This document shows positions 27,772 through 43,848 of a stretch of 64,000 nucleotides of DNA, piece after piece. Below the pieces are notes generated by a model. That model had not been told where the DNA came from and did no database searches. It saw only the letters and a program-made list of their open reading frames with translations. Origin of the DNA: Eledone cirrhosa. Its lineage: Eukaryota. The stretch spans positions 2,604,001 through 2,668,000 of the forward strand of contig OZ024754.1 of assembly GCA_964016885.1 (NCBI GenBank), in the 5' to 3' direction. Each line of letters begins with the position of its first letter. Position 1 is the stretch's first letter. A program made the position numbers and the translations under genes.

Positions 27772-28519
27772 ATATGTTTCTAATTAATGATTTGTAATAT
27801 ATGCTCAAGGTATGAAGTTATGAAGAATTCGACAGCGATTTACTAAATAAATAGATGTTTATTTTAAAAATAAAATTTAGTAAGAAAAATAAAAAAGGGG
27901 AAACAAAAGTAAAGAAAGAATAGAGAAATACAGAAAAAAAAGAGAGAAAGGAGAAGAAAAAGAACAGGAAGAGGAGGGGTGGTAAGGAGCGATTGTAAAA
28001 AATGCAAGTGTCTTTTGTGGTTTACAGAAAAGGAAGAGAAAAGCAAGGGCTCTAGGGTGACAGAATAATGGGAGGGTGAGTGGGAGGGAGTTGATGGGCT
28101 CAAGGCCTAGGGTGTGGTGGTGTTGAGGCTTAATTATTGGTACATTTCTTCAACCCTTGAAAAATTGGAAAAGAATCATCACTTTAGACAAAAGTGTAAG
28201 AAATAGAATAGAAGACATATTCGAGAAAGTAGATGAAATAAAAGAAGACAGAAAAGTGGAATTACTACAACTATCATGAGATAATTTGGTTGGTCTGCTA
28301 CAAATTCTAACCTAAAGTCATAGCAATTATCAGCTGCCTTCACCCAACCCTGTGGTGCAGATATAAAAGTGCAAACATTTCCTCACGTATATCATACATT
28401 TTAATTAAAGTGTTTTGTCTTCCACACTGTTGTGTATTCAGTTATTATCAAGAGTAGTCAAATATATCGTAGTTTAAGCTTAATATGTTTTTTGTTCTTA
28501 TACTGATGTAACATGGTTT

Positions 28520-29400
28520 AGGTAAAATTTAAGATTATTAGTTTTTGTGGTCTTGTCTTATTTACGTAATATTTTTTAGTGACTAATCTACAAGAAACTT
28601 TTCTTAAGAATCTTTGTTGGGTGTTAAAGTATTGATATATTATTTGAGGTTATTACTTTGAAATGATGTGAAGTATTACTGTTTTTGTTGGTGTTGTTAC
28701 TAATTACACTATATTGTTTTATTATCGATTTTGTTGATTATATAGAATACAAAGTTCGGTGTTATATTTGTTTATTAAGTGACTTGATCTGTGACAGGTT
28801 GTTGAAACTAACACAATTACTGTGTGAAACACTCATCTTAGCTATTTACAAATACAAAAGAAATGTTATATTTATTTTATATATATTCTTTGTTTCTTAG
28901 TGTTAAAGTATTCGCCGCAATGTCTGCGACCTGGTCACCGACAAAGTTCCGCTGCAATTGACTTGAAATATATTTGATTGATTCTCCTGTGCCAGTCACC
29001 ATGTCGCAGCCAGTGTGGTCAAAATATAGATACTAGGAAATAAATGTTATATATAAAGTAAACAACACTTTTTTGTGTGTTTTTAAACGACTAAAATGTC
29101 TCTTTAACAAAGTAATTGTTGAATACAAATATTTGAGACTTTTCTGTTCTTCAAGTATTTATTATATCTTTTGTTGTTTGTGTAAATAATTGTTTGATGT
29201 CACATTTTAGGCCGATTTATTTTAAAGTTGTCTATGCTGGATATGAAGCTGGCTTCTTCTGGTATATAATTGGTTGTGTATTTCATGTCGCCAGAACGGA
29301 TATAGTTTAGATTTTGAATGTGTAAACTTTTTTGTTGAATGAGCGAACGTAATGTAGTGCCAATGATGATTGTGGCGTTCAATTCTAAAATATTCCATTC
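28520..29400 (-). pseudogene. Highly degenerate GIY-YIG-like (PLE endonuclease) remnants
   Basis: IIIGTTLRSL...EEASFISS...INR (ORF 29200-29484) and NISIL*HPTKILKKSFL*ISH (about 28575-28650) loosely resemble the YIG.T.R.L and KIL...RLFLE..HI motifs; many stops. Confidence 0.3.
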
Positions 29401-29942
29401 CATTTTTATTAGATTTTTCATCAAAATTCTAATCGTTGTTATTTGTTCTTTAAACTGTAAAATAGTCATCGGTTTCTCGTACAAATAAGAGTGTGATGTA
29501 CAGCCAACTGATAGGTTGTCTGAGAAAAATTAGAAAATCTTACCCCTGTGGGTTCGGTGTCGATTAAAGAGGTGCCATTCGAGATTTGTATCCTAGTGGA
29601 TACCTAAGGTCTCTGGTGTTGTGTATTTACGAAGGTTTTTTGTGATATATATATATATATAAATATATAGAATTCCTAACTATATATATATATGTGTGAG
29701 GGGGGGGGGGGTGTATGTGCGTGTGTGTGTGCGTGTGTATCTATGTATGTATGTATTGGATGCACATTTTATGTAGATGATAAGACCAGAGAGTACAACC
29801 AAGGAAGGTGGTTGTAGTGGGAGTGGTGGTTTGTGGTGTGTGGTGGTGGCAGTGGCAGTGGTGGTGGTGACACTGGTGGCGCGAGTGGATATGGTGGCGG
29901 TGTATGTGTTGTTGATGCTAGTAGTAAAGTCAATGATGGTTT

Positions 29943-30052
<110 letters not shown>

Positions 30053-31021
30053 GTCTTCGTTGTTATTGTCAGAATTATGACAATGAAATATTGAAATTCA
30101 ATATCAAAATATTTAACAATATTCAAGCAAATTTTAATGTCGTCCACTGATAAATTTTATTTTCTATTCCGGAAATATTTTAAGATCGAAAAACATATTT
30201 AGTATTCATTGAAGAGCATATATGTAAACTTATGTACATATATTCAAACTACATATATACATACATACATGCATACATACGAACGTACGTTCATACATAC
30301 ATACAAGCTTACATACATATGTACATATATACAGACGTAGATACATACAGACATACATATATACATACATGAATACATACATGAATACATACATGAATTG
30401 GCACGCATGTCCATACATACAGACATAAAGACATAGACATAAATACATATATACATACATACAAACTTACATACATACATGCATACATACGTGTATAGGT
30501 ACCTACATACATACATACATACAGACATACATATATACATACATGAATACATACAGACATAAAGACGTAGACATAAATACATATATACATACATACAAAC
30601 TTACATACATACATGCATACATACGTGTAAAGGTACCTACATACATACATACATAGATACATACAGACATACATATATACATCCATACACACAAATGCAT
30701 ACATATATTCATACATACATATATACCTATAAGTATACTTTATATACTTACATGTATACATATATACTTACATACATGCAAAAATGCATGAATTCATAAA
30801 TTCAAATATACATGCATATATACATAATACCATATCTATACCCATTCGTGCACGTGTATATATAGATTCCGAGACTATATATTTATCGATACACAAGTTA
30901 TAAGATGTCTGTCCTTGTTTAGTTTCCATTAATTTAGTGAAAGTTTTTGAAGTTTTTACCCAGTCGCCATATTGAAACTGAATGATTCTCCATGTATGTG
31001 CGCATATATGTGTATGTGTGC

Positions 31022-31101
<80 letters not shown>

Positions 31102-31105
<4 letters not shown>

Positions 31106-31682
31106 GTGTTAAACAATATTCAATGAGTATGTCAAGGAATGAGTTTTACAGTAGATTGGAAGCACTCTACGGGAAAATTATTTTCCGGAGTTATTAATAT
31201 TAAAATACAAATATTAATAAAATCGATGTTCTTTTGATCAATTACATTTTATTATACATATTTCGGATGTACAACAGTACGTCTTCATCAGACAAAATAT
31301 AATGATACATGACATACCCTGAGATGTTAAATGGTTAAGATTTAATCAAGGTAGATTTAATCATAGATAAGATTTAATCATAGATAAATTGTAGTACCAT
31401 ACATTTTAAAATCTCTATAGCTGTTACATTAAGCAACGTTTTTCTTACTCACACATCTAATGAATTTATTACGTTTTCGCATTTTCTCATAATTAGGGTA
31501 TAAATGTTAAATTTTCTCTTAGGTTAATCACTACTTTGATTAAATCTTAACCATTTAACATCTCAGGGTGTATCATTATATTTTGTCTGATGACGACGTA
31601 CTGTTGTACATCCGAAATATGTATAATAAAATGTAATTGATCAAAGAACATCTATTTTATTGATATTTGTATTTTAATATTA
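31102..31682 (-). mobile_element. Fold-back PLE-like element with HHR in both arms
   Basis: Inverted arms about 31195-31350 / 31535-31682 with a spacer; tail on the left; (TA)n both sides. Confidence 0.88.
31575..31637 (+). ncRNA. Type I hammerhead ribozyme motif (mirror copy on - strand at 31241-31303)
   Basis: attatattttgt CTGATGA cgacgtac-tgtt-gtacatcc GAAA tatgta TA ataaaatgtaat. Stem I is 12 bp with G-U pairs; base of stem II is mismatched. Confidence 0.8.
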
Positions 31683-31744
31683 TATATATATATATATGTA
31701 TATATATATAATATGTATGTATATATATATGTATATAAATAAAC

Positions 31745-31776
<32 letters not shown>

Positions 31777-31802
31777 ATATATATATATATATATATATAT
31801 GA

Positions 31803-32288
<486 letters not shown>

Positions 32289-32291
<3 letters not shown>

Positions 32292-32472
32292 AACAAGTGA
32301 GACCCCGACGGCTGAGCTCAAGCCGTTTCGACGGCTAATTCTGTAATTGAGTACAGAATTAGCCATCGAAACGGCTTGAGCTCAGCCGTCGGGGTCTCAC
32401 TTGTTCCTATTACCCACTCTACTACCCTACGTATTGAGTACTTTGGTGCGTTATGGTCCACCTGGTTCCTTA
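32289..32472 (+). mobile_element. Family A fold-back element (third subtype)
   Basis: ggaacaagtgagacccc / ggggtctcacttgttcc arms; centre ctgta-attgag-tacag. Confidence 0.92.
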
Positions 32473-32507
32473 TACATATTTATAGATATATATACATATA
32501 TATGTGA

Positions 32508-32589
<82 letters not shown>

Positions 32590-32617
32590 TTATAGATATA
32601 TATACATATATATGTGA

Positions 32618-32663
<46 letters not shown>

Positions 32664-32977
32664 CAGAACATTTAAATACATAGCAAACGTAAGGTGACTT
32701 GGAGAAAATCTAATGTAAATCCGTCCTGTTTAAAATAAGACTGAGAGATCAAATATATTCAAGTTACATTGTAAATATAACAGCTACTTCTTGATAAAAC
32801 ATGGCGGGTGGTTTCATTGAAATAACATAAATGTGCTTATGTGTATTTACGTGTATCATCACATATTTTTTCAAATCCACGTGTAGCTTACGTGTATAGA
32901 CATTAAGATTGAACCATCGAAAATAAAATTTTTTTAATTTTTTTTATTCAAATTCAAACAAAATTGATAGCTATTCT

Positions 32978-33083
<106 letters not shown>

Positions 33084-33243
33084 AGCGAGAGAGTGAGAGT
33101 AAGGGAAAGTTATATATATATATATATACATACATATATACATACATATATATACATATATATTTACATGTGTGCATATATATATATTTCCATGAATGCT
33201 GATTTTTAGAATTTATATGTGTTTGTGTGTGAGTACGTATTTA

Positions 33244-33340
<97 letters not shown>

Positions 33341-33610
33341 ATATCATCTTCTATGACCGTATGTATGTATTTATAATGCTGTTTACTCTACGATAGTTTG
33401 TGTAAGTTTTCTAAATGTAGAATATTTTAAATGTATTCCTCAGCACATCTTGTTGGTCAAACCTTAGTCTAGTCAATACTCCATTGAATCTGATATATTA
33501 ATAAAGATTGCATTTTCCCGTGATCGATATGTGGCTGAATCCCATCGATCACACATGGTTTATAGATCACACACGTAAACACACATCAGATACATGTACA
33601 CAAACGTTCA

Positions 33611-33642
<32 letters not shown>

Positions 33643-33668
33643 TTAAGACACACTTACACAAACACACA

Positions 33669-33718
<50 letters not shown>

Positions 33719-33731
33719 TATGTGTGTGTGT

Positions 33732-33816
<85 letters not shown>

Positions 33817-33854
33817 CAGTAGATATATATATATACTTCTCTTTCTCTCTCTCT

Positions 33855-33893
<39 letters not shown>

Positions 33894-33916
33894 ATTTATA
33901 TATATATATAACATAT

Positions 33917-33947
<31 letters not shown>

Positions 33948-34189
33948 GATGTTTAGTGATTTGTGAAAGATTTCGTATTGAAAAAGAATGTGTCTGCATG
34001 TGTGTTTGCATGTTTATATATAGAGAGAAGCATGTGTGTGTATGTGTGTGTGTGTGCGTGTGCGTCTGCGTGTGTGTGTGTGTCTAAATGTGTGCAGAAT
34101 TCTACGAGTGTATATAGATAGATATATACATACCATCGTATATATTAAAGGTATATAAAGGTATATAAATCTATTTATCTAATTGCTTC

Positions 34190-34230
<41 letters not shown>

Positions 34231-34443
34231 TGTTGTTGATGGTTTTAGTAGTTGTAGTATCCATATTACTTTATTTGCCAGAAGGACGACAAATAAGGTG
34301 ACATTACAAGGTGAAAATAGCAAACCAAAATGGCGGACATTTACATATAATCCAGGAGTAGAAATACTTGATATAAGTAAGAGGATAAACCCAAAGTATC
34401 TGAAACGAATCGATAATGGCATAAACAACTGAGGCTAAACATA

Positions 34444-34601
<158 letters not shown>

Positions 34602-34858
34602 CGACGATGATGATGATGATGACGATGGTGATAGCAGCAACATCAACAATAACATGACATGAATGACCGTTAAATGATAGATCTACTATTCTCAATCAAC
34701 GTTAGACATCAAACAAATTCATCGAACATTCATATTTAAATATGAATTGATTTATATGGTGAGTGGGGAAAAAGAAGGATAAAGAAAAAATACTTTCATG
34801 CATACCACTGATTTAAATGTATTGTCTGTATACACATATATACACACACTGCACAGAC

Positions 34859-34898
<40 letters not shown>

Positions 34899-34994
34899 CT
34901 CATCAAGGCTGCTTGCGTGTCTTCAGTGAGAGAGAGGAGAGAGAGAGATGGACAGATAGATAGATAGATAAATATATAGATAGATAGATAACTT

Positions 34995-35398
34995 TCTTTT
35001 TATTTGCCACCAGGGCATCAAAGAGTGGGACAAGAACAATGGGGGGGGGGGGGTTACATAAAAAGGCGTCCTCAATAAAGAGGAGGCAATAACAAAATAT
35101 AAAATATAAAATAAATAAATTGAATAACAAAATCCTCAATAGGGAGGAGGCGCTTTGGGGGGTCGCACACACCCCCGAAAAAAGTGTACAACCCTTCTCC
35201 TCAGGAGCACAGAGAGAGGGTGCTCCCTTGATCTTTCATCTTTCTCACCTACAGTTTAATGTAGAGTGAAGGCCCATTCACACGGGCCATTCTCGCCACT
35301 TTCACCCATCTTTCATAGAAACGGCTGGGGTGCAGTACCTCTCTCTCCATCCTGATCCTTCTTCCGAAATGATAGCGGAAGAAACGGACCAGTTGTTG
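34995..35398 (-). mobile_element. L1/Tx1-type LINE 3' end inside a (GATA)n array
   Basis: QQLVRFFRYHFGRRIRMEREVLHPSRFYERWVKVARMARVNG...L* resembles Tx1-type ORF2 C-termini; 3' UTR ends aaataaaaagaaag. Confidence 0.65.
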
Positions 35399-35412
35399 AT
35401 AGATAGACAGAC

Positions 35413-35459
<47 letters not shown>

Positions 35460-35789
35460 CAGACAGACTGTCGGATAGATAGATAGATATGAAGCACAGA
35501 AATCATAATAATCTCTACTAGTTAACTAAGGATATGTAATATGTTCCTGGTTTTCCGTTGTCCGACTTTGTCGCGTGTACTAATATTTTGATTTATATGC
35601 ATACATATACATACATACATACTAACATACATACACATATATATACGTACTTAGTTACATACATACATACATACAAACATACATAATGCAGACATACATA
35701 CATACTTACATACGTACATACTTACATATATACAAACGTACGCACATTCATAAATACATAAATACAAATAGGGAGTTAAATAGATAGAG

Positions 35790-35867
<78 letters not shown>

Positions 35868-36344
35868 GTAAAAGATATGATTTACTTGTTTGTTTTATAG
35901 GAAGATAAATGTGACTCGAACCCAAAGAAACCACAACACAGTCGAAAATATAACATTAAAAACATATTAAATATAATATAAAATAAGACGAATAAGTACA
36001 TAAGAAGAAAAACAAAGAAACAATCATGTTTAAAAGAAACCTAGAGAATTCAGTAAAAGAAAATGTCGGTTCATTGTAGTTGAAAAAGGCGCTAGTGTGT
36101 AAACAGGAGAAAAACATTGAAGTAAGATAGGAAAAAATGGAGAAAGTATAAATGAGATGGCAGTTAATGATGTTATCAGCAAAGTGTATTTTGTGTTGTA
36201 ATAATAGCAGAACATGTCGACAAGGGAGTTGATAGTTAAAGATGATAACGACTTCAATATTAAGTACAAAATAACGATGCAGATGACAACCACAATATCT
36301 ACAATTAAAACCAAGAAGATGGAGGAAACGACGAAATAACTACG

Positions 36345-36605
36345 TTGACGCTAAAATCCTCCAGTTGAAGACTGCACATCAACACGAGATATCTCTCTCC
36401 ACAAAGTTCGATCACCAACAGCAGAGTTTAAAGAGCAAAGATCAAGTCCAGTCCATAATTTGACATTATCGAGCCATCGTTTTCGCTGCCGGCCTCTGCT
36501 TCTTTTACCAGCCAACCTTCCTTCCAGGCATAACCTACTCACACCACAAGTTGATCTCTTTATGTGACTGTATAGTTTGAGTACTCTTGACTTGACGAAC
36601 ACAAA
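36345..36605 (-). mobile_element. RTE LINE C-terminal fragment
   Basis: LKLYSHIKR...LEGRLAGKRSRGRQRKRWLDNVKLWTG...DRTLWR is the classic RTE/BovB-like terminus. Confidence 0.9.
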
Positions 36606-36674
36606 CAAAACCCCAAAAATAATAATCTACCACCACCAACAACAACATCAGTAACACCAACAACAATAACAACA

Positions 36675-36805
36675 ATTACCCACTCTAGGGTAGTAGAGTG
36701 GGTAATATGGAAAGACGGCTCAGCTCCGGCCGTTTAGACAACTAAATCCGAACTAGCTGTCGAAACGGCCGGAGCTCAGCAGTTGGGGTCCTGACTCTTT
36801 TCATA
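36675..36805 (-). mobile_element. Family A-related fold-back element (variant)
   Basis: Shares gggtagtagagtgggtaat and gtcgaaacggc...ggggtcct; asymmetric centre aatccgaac. Confidence 0.8.
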
Positions 36806-36851
36806 TACATATATATATATATATATGTATATATATACATATATATATATG

Positions 36852-36989
<138 letters not shown>

Positions 36990-36993
36990 TGTG

Positions 36994-37339
<346 letters not shown>

Positions 37340-38564
37340 TATATATATATATGTCAGTGTTTATAACTATATACACTGACATACACATACATTAGAGAGA
37401 GTGTGTGAGTGTGTGTTTATGTATGTGTGTTTTCTAGACGCCAGTATGTTCGCTACTCTTTAAGTTCCTGTCTATTACTGCTTAGTATTGCAATATTTAT
37501 GGCCTTGATGCGCTTATCGCAAATACCTTGTCGACCTTCCTACAGTTGCTGTTGTTCTTACTATTACAATTTCATATTATTATTTCCATTTAAACCATCA
37601 TGATGGCCATCATCATCATCATCATAATAACCATCATAATCTTTATTCCCCTCATCATCATCATCATCACCATGACCTTCCATTAGCGTGGTTGTAATCC
37701 AAAATTAATCAGTTGTATATGCAGTCGTTACAAACAATAGACATGAAATTGTAGAAGCTGGGGAGATTTATAGAATTCATCGTCCATTTTCCAATCTATC
37801 GAAATAAGCTGAAATTCGAACATGTCAAAGCAGACATTTTCACTACAATTGTTCTTCATCTTCATTGAAGAAAAGAAAGACGAAAATAACAACAGAATCA
37901 AAGAGAATAATATAAGACAAACTTTGGCTTTAAACCGGACGAAATCGACCTGTGTAGGAACAATTGTGTTTGACGATTTATTCCAATTGGCTCCGACTGG
38001 ACGTGATAATTCACAAAATCTACCTAAATCTTCATGTTTAGAAACAAGATAAAAAGAAGTGGGTAAAAGCGATTATAGTAAAATCTGCTCAGAAACCTAA
38101 GACGTTTCCTATCTGTTTTTAATAGATTTTTGTGGGTAAAAGGAGAAAGGTAAATTCAAAATCTATCCGCTTAATAATTGTCTGGGATTGCAAAGTTTCA
38201 AGGGAGTTTCTGTGTTGTGTTAACTGGTCCGTGAAGAGAACAAATCTCTGAAACTGTCCATAACTATCCAAGGTTTTAGGTATTTATGTACGGGAATACC
38301 GCTGGCTATTAGATGTAGTTATGGATGTTGAGAGTTGTAGGTGGCGGTGGTAGTGGTATGGGGAAGATGATGATGATGGTGGTGATGATGATGATGATGA
38401 TGATGACGACGACGACCATGATTACTACGATTCTGATGAATATGATGATGATGATGATAATGATGATGATGATGATGACTATGATTAAGCTGATGGTATT
38501 GATGCTACTATTGGTGTTGTTATTGATTGTTAATGGCGATGACTTTATAATATTTACTGTGTTT

Positions 38565-38682
38565 ACAGAGTTCAAATCCCGCCGAGGTTAACTTTGCCTT
38601 TCATCCTTACGGGGTCGATAAAATAAAGTACCAGTAATACACTGGGTAATTGCTGGCCTTGTGCCTAACGTAGAAACAATTA
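38565..38682 (+). mobile_element. SINE family 1, 5'-truncated
   Basis: gagttcaaatcccgccgaggttaactttgcc...ccttgtgcctaacgtagaaacaatt. Confidence 0.9.
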
Positions 38683-38958
38683 TCTATGATGTTCATAGAT
38701 AATTTTCATTTTCATTGGTCTTTTATATTTTGTACTAATATAGTTTTACTGATCTTGTGACTATTGTGGTTTGGTTTAGTCCTATTGTTGATGTTGTTGC
38801 TGTTCGTTTGTTGTTGTAGTTAATGTTATCGTCGTTGTAGGTGTTGTAGGGGTGTTTGTAATATAACTAACCTACTTCTCCTTTGGTGACAAATGATATT
38901 ACATATTTTAGCCATTTCTGACGTTCAAACTCCGAATGTTTAAGAATAGACACCATAT

Positions 38959-39349
38959 TTGTGTCACCCCGGTGTCATACCAGTGCCACATCAGTGTCAC
39001 ACCAGTATCACGTGAGTGCCATACCTGTGTCACACTAGTGTCGCATCAGAGCCATACCAATGTCACACCAGTGCCATACCATTGTCACGCTAGTGTCATA
39101 CCTGTGTCACACCAGTGTCACACCAGTGTCACACCAGTGTCACGTGAGTGCCATATCTGTCTCACACTAGTGTCGCATCAGAGCCATACCAGTGTCACAC
39201 CAGTGCCATACCACTGTCACGCGAGTGCCATACCTGTGTCACACCAGTGTCACATCAGTGTCATAACAGTGTCACACCAGTGTCACATTAGTGCCATACC
39301 AGTGTCACATCAGTGCCATATCTGTGTCACACTAGTGTCACATCAGTGC
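38959..39349. repeat. 11-bp minisatellite (cagtgtcacac) with 132-bp higher-order duplication
   Basis: The variant string cacgtgagtgccata recurs at 39009 and 39141. Confidence 0.9.
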
Positions 39350-40497
39350 CTCAAAGCTGTTTTGTATTCTGACTTTGTGTGAGTTATATAAAGTTATCAA
39401 ACAGTTTACAGTAAAACATGGCGTAGAGATAAAATCTTTGTCTGACATCGGCCAGAAAAGATTTAGACGAAATCTAAGTTAGAGATTAAATTTAGTCTTA
39501 AGAATTATTCTTGCGACTTAGCTAAATATTCGACAGAATTTCATTTCTTCTCTATCTCCCTACATGTTCTCTAAACAATAAAAGGAGTCATAGAGTCGCT
39601 GTTCTTCTCATTTAGGTTCAACTTGAAAACCATTTTGTTTTATGAGGTCTTTTAATTATTTATTTTTTATTCTTTTATGGTGAGTATTTAAGCACTCACG
39701 ATTGACTTCTTCTAAGAATACAAAATACGTTATTCCCAATACTTGTTGTTTCAAGAGAGAATTTCAATTGGTCATAACTCATCTTTGTGGTCATTTCACG
39801 CACATAGGCATAAAGCTCATTTCCTTGAGCGTTCCTAATCCTCATTGTCTCCTTTCAAATCTCTTGTACAATCTACGATCGCCTTAACATTTCGAAAGTC
39901 ACTAAAACTTCCTATTCCTATGCTACAGTGAATTAGCAAGCTGCTTATCTATTCCCCAGATGTCCAGTTAAACTACTTATGTCACCTATCTCATTCCGGC
40001 ATTGTCTGTTTCTCATTCCACATCCCTACCAAAAGCCACACCACCAATGTATTTTCCATAGTTATTCTAGGATTTGCATACTTCTAGATTTACCAACTAG
40101 GTGATAGTATTGTTGATGTCACATGACTTCTTCCTCTGCCCTCTAACGAGATGCACACTTCCCAGTTATGGGGAGATAACTGGAAGAATAAAATAAATAA
40201 CAATAATAACAATAACATTAGTAAGAGCTGAATCATAATATCAAGAAGAACAATATCAGCAATAACATTTACCCCAGCATAACAACAAAACAATAGGACG
40301 AACTACAATACCAATAGGAACAACAGCAATAATAGTACCAACTATAAAACTATAATAATGATAGTAACAACAAAAACCTCAGCAACATCAATATCATAAT
40401 TATAACAAAGCCTAAAATCAAGAAGAAAAATGACGACTGTAACAACAGAATGTAAATAACAACTGTTACGGTAGAAGGAATTATATAAAAGACAACC

Positions 40498-40529
40498 TTA
40501 CAACAACTACTACAACAGGAACTACTACT

Positions 40530-40585
<56 letters not shown>

Positions 40586-40770
40586 AACTACTACTAATAT
40601 TAATACTACTACTACAACAACTACACCTACTACCACTATTATTACTACTACTACTATTACTATTACTACTACTACTAATAATACTAATACTATTACTACA
40701 ACAACAACAACAACAACAACAACAACTACTACTACTACTACTACTACTACTACAACATCAACAATAACGC

Positions 40771-40802
<32 letters not shown>

Positions 40803-40968
40803 CCAACAACAACAACGTCAACAACATCAACAACAACAACAGCAACAACAACAACAACGACAGCAACAACAACGACAGCAACAACAACAACAACAGCAAC
40901 GTCAACAACAACAACTACACCACCACCAACAGCAGCATCACCAACAACACCAATAACAACAACTACAA

Positions 40969-41003
<35 letters not shown>

Positions 41004-41145
41004 GCAACGTCAACAACAACAACTACACCACCACCAACAACAGCAATACCAACAACACCAATAACAACAACAACAACAACAACAACAACATCAACAATAT
41101 CAACAACAACACCAACAAGAACATCAACAACAACAACGTCAACAA
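40498..41145. repeat. Cryptic (ACA/ACT)n trinucleotide tract
   Basis: Directly visible; includes an internal duplication around cagcaacgtcaacaacaacaactacaccaccaccaac. Confidence 0.9.
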
Positions 41146-41988
41146 GAGTAAGAAAATCAAGGAAGACAAATGAAGAAAGGCCCGAAGTAAACAAGTTGTC
41201 TTAAGATGTACATAGATATGTTGAAGATTTCTATCAGAGAATAGAAGAAAAGAAATTTGAAAGAAAAGGAAAGAGAACGAAAGAAAAGAATAAAAAATAT
41301 ACAACAAAATAAATGTAGAAAAAATATCAAAAAGAAGAAATAAAAAAAAAATGAACACAATAAGTTAAGAATTGCGATGATTAGTTCGATTTACTGTGGA
41401 AGAAAGATAAACTGAAAATAAGAAAATTATAAAAATATAAAATGGCTGCTTTGAAAATGAAGAAAGATGAGCGGGAAAGTATTTCTTTATATATTCAAGT
41501 AAATATATACTTATGAAGAAAAATAAATTAATAACAAGAACAAATAATTTGCTAAATATTTATCTCTCTTTGATTTCATTTCATTCTCGTTTTTCATTTC
41601 ATTCTCGTCTTCCATTTCTTATTCATCTTCCTTATTTCATTCGATATTTCTTCCCCGATATTTCGTTTCATTAGTTTGACCTTTCTATCTGTCATTTATT
41701 CTTTCTTTTCTATAACATCCTCCCTTTCATTCCGTTGTTTCATCTCTTTCCTTTCTTTTATTTTCCCTCCTTCTTTAATTCTTTCCTTCGCTTCTTTTGT
41801 TGTTTCTTCCTTATTATCACTTCTTTGCATCTTTTTCTTTTATATTCGTACTCAATTTTTTTCTTTCTCAAACTCTGTCAACTGATTCATTCTTCATTTA
41901 AATGTTTCGCTTTACTTTTTCCTTCTTTTTGACCCTTATTCAGCACCATATTTTGACCATTTTCAATATTTCTTTCATTCCCGCCTTA

Positions 41989-42023
<35 letters not shown>

Positions 42024-42133
42024 TATTTTCTTTCCTTATCCCATGTGTTTTTCTACTAATCTTTCATTCTTTAGTAACCCACCTTTGTTTCCTACCATCT
42101 GTTTGTTAAAGTCAGCCTCTAGTGGTACCCCCA

Positions 42134-42164
<31 letters not shown>

Positions 42165-42382
42165 CTCTCCATCTCTCTCCCTCTCTCTCGTTCTCTCTTC
42201 CTCTAACTATCTCTCACTCTCTCTATCCCTATCTATGTATCCCTATCTCGCCATTGTCTCACCAAATACTGACACTGTTGTCAACAACCTTATTGTATAT
42301 CGCGGATATCGTTACTATGCCAACATAAAAACATTTACAATGATATTTTACATCACAAATATATGTAAAAAATAACAAGTGC

Positions 42383-42463
<81 letters not shown>

Positions 42464-42742
42464 AAAATAGTTATTGTCGTTGATGTGAAGATTTTTCCTT
42501 TCTTAGTGAATCCCAAGTGTAGGGCCGATTCCTATATATTTGTATTTTTGTTGTTGAGGCCGGATTCTGTGGCTATGCCCCCTAACTACAGTTTTCAATT
42601 TGTCACGCTATTTAACGTATGTTATTTACTCTAAGGTGTAACCTATCCATTCATTCTTATTGAGTGTTTCGTGCAAATCCGAATTGTTACTTCGTGGGTT
42701 TGGCCGACTGCCATAACTTGTATTTTACTAACCTTCCACTTG

Positions 42743-42770
<28 letters not shown>

Positions 42771-42773
<3 letters not shown>

Positions 42774-43032
42774 GAAGTAATTCCGTCGGAAAGGTCCAGG
42801 AAAAAAGAGTGCTCTATGTAGGTTACAGAGCTTATTAGTTATGTAATAAACCACAATTATGTAATAAACAACAATTAGTTATGTAATAAACAATATTTCT
42901 TATATTTTTGTTTTCAAATCCACATTCAATAAAAACACCAGGATTTTTTTCATTCTGACAACTGAAAGCAGATTTGTTTGCTTTCAAGAAACCACTGGTA
43001 AATGAAATAATTATCTTATGTTGTTTATTACA

Positions 43033-43040
<8 letters not shown>
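42771..43040 (-). mobile_element. Asymmetric fold-back insert in (TA)n
   Basis: tagttatgtaataaac occurs three times on the left (one copy partial) versus gtttattacataacta at the right end. Confidence 0.6.
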
Positions 43041-43067
<27 letters not shown>

Positions 43068-43782
43068 TAAGACTCCTTTCAATTGGCAAACTCATATATA
43101 ACTTCACTGTATTATATTGTTCTACCAGAAAACTGAAACCGCATCCGATTTAAGCTCAATTTTAACTCTACTGTGTGTACAAATTATTCATGGTTTTCGT
43201 TAGATTACTATAATTTTTTATATGTTTTATATCATATATTTCTGATCCAGTGTCTTTTGATCTAATCAACTTACGTTAAAATCTACAAGGTGTTTTAACG
43301 CATTTTTCTTGTTTTCGTGCATTTAAAATTAAGTTAGAAAACAACAACAAACGACAACACTATTGAAGAAACAACATATCGTTTCAAATAAATATATCAA
43401 TAAATTTATCAATGGATATATAATAAATATTTAAACAATATTTAAACAATATTATGGATTATCAAATTTGATTTAAGAAAAGACGAGAAAAGACGAAACG
43501 CGAGCATAAAACCAACTATAAAATACACAATGTTATTCTATATTTATTTCATTCAAGCTAAAAAAAAAAAAAAGAAAACGGAATAAATGTTTCTATAGTT
43601 GATAAGACAGTCTTGAAGCGAGTTGAATATTTGTCAAGTCCATCACACATATATTTTATGAGGTGAATTTATTCAGCTATTGTTTTCTGGTAGTTTCAAT
43701 GTGAATGAACCTGTACAAGGCATGTATATATATATATGTATGTGTGTGAATCGGTGTAAGTGTGTGTAAGTGCTTGTGTGTG

Positions 43783-43848
<66 letters not shown>

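Noticed and set aside
28270-28340. Minus-strand ctgataa plus hairpin as a decayed HHR
   Set aside because: Both core boxes are mutated, so it cannot be told from chance.
40481-41194. Mucin-like Thr-rich or Val-rich ORF
   Set aside because: Cryptic trinucleotide repeat with no convincing start, splice sites or domain.
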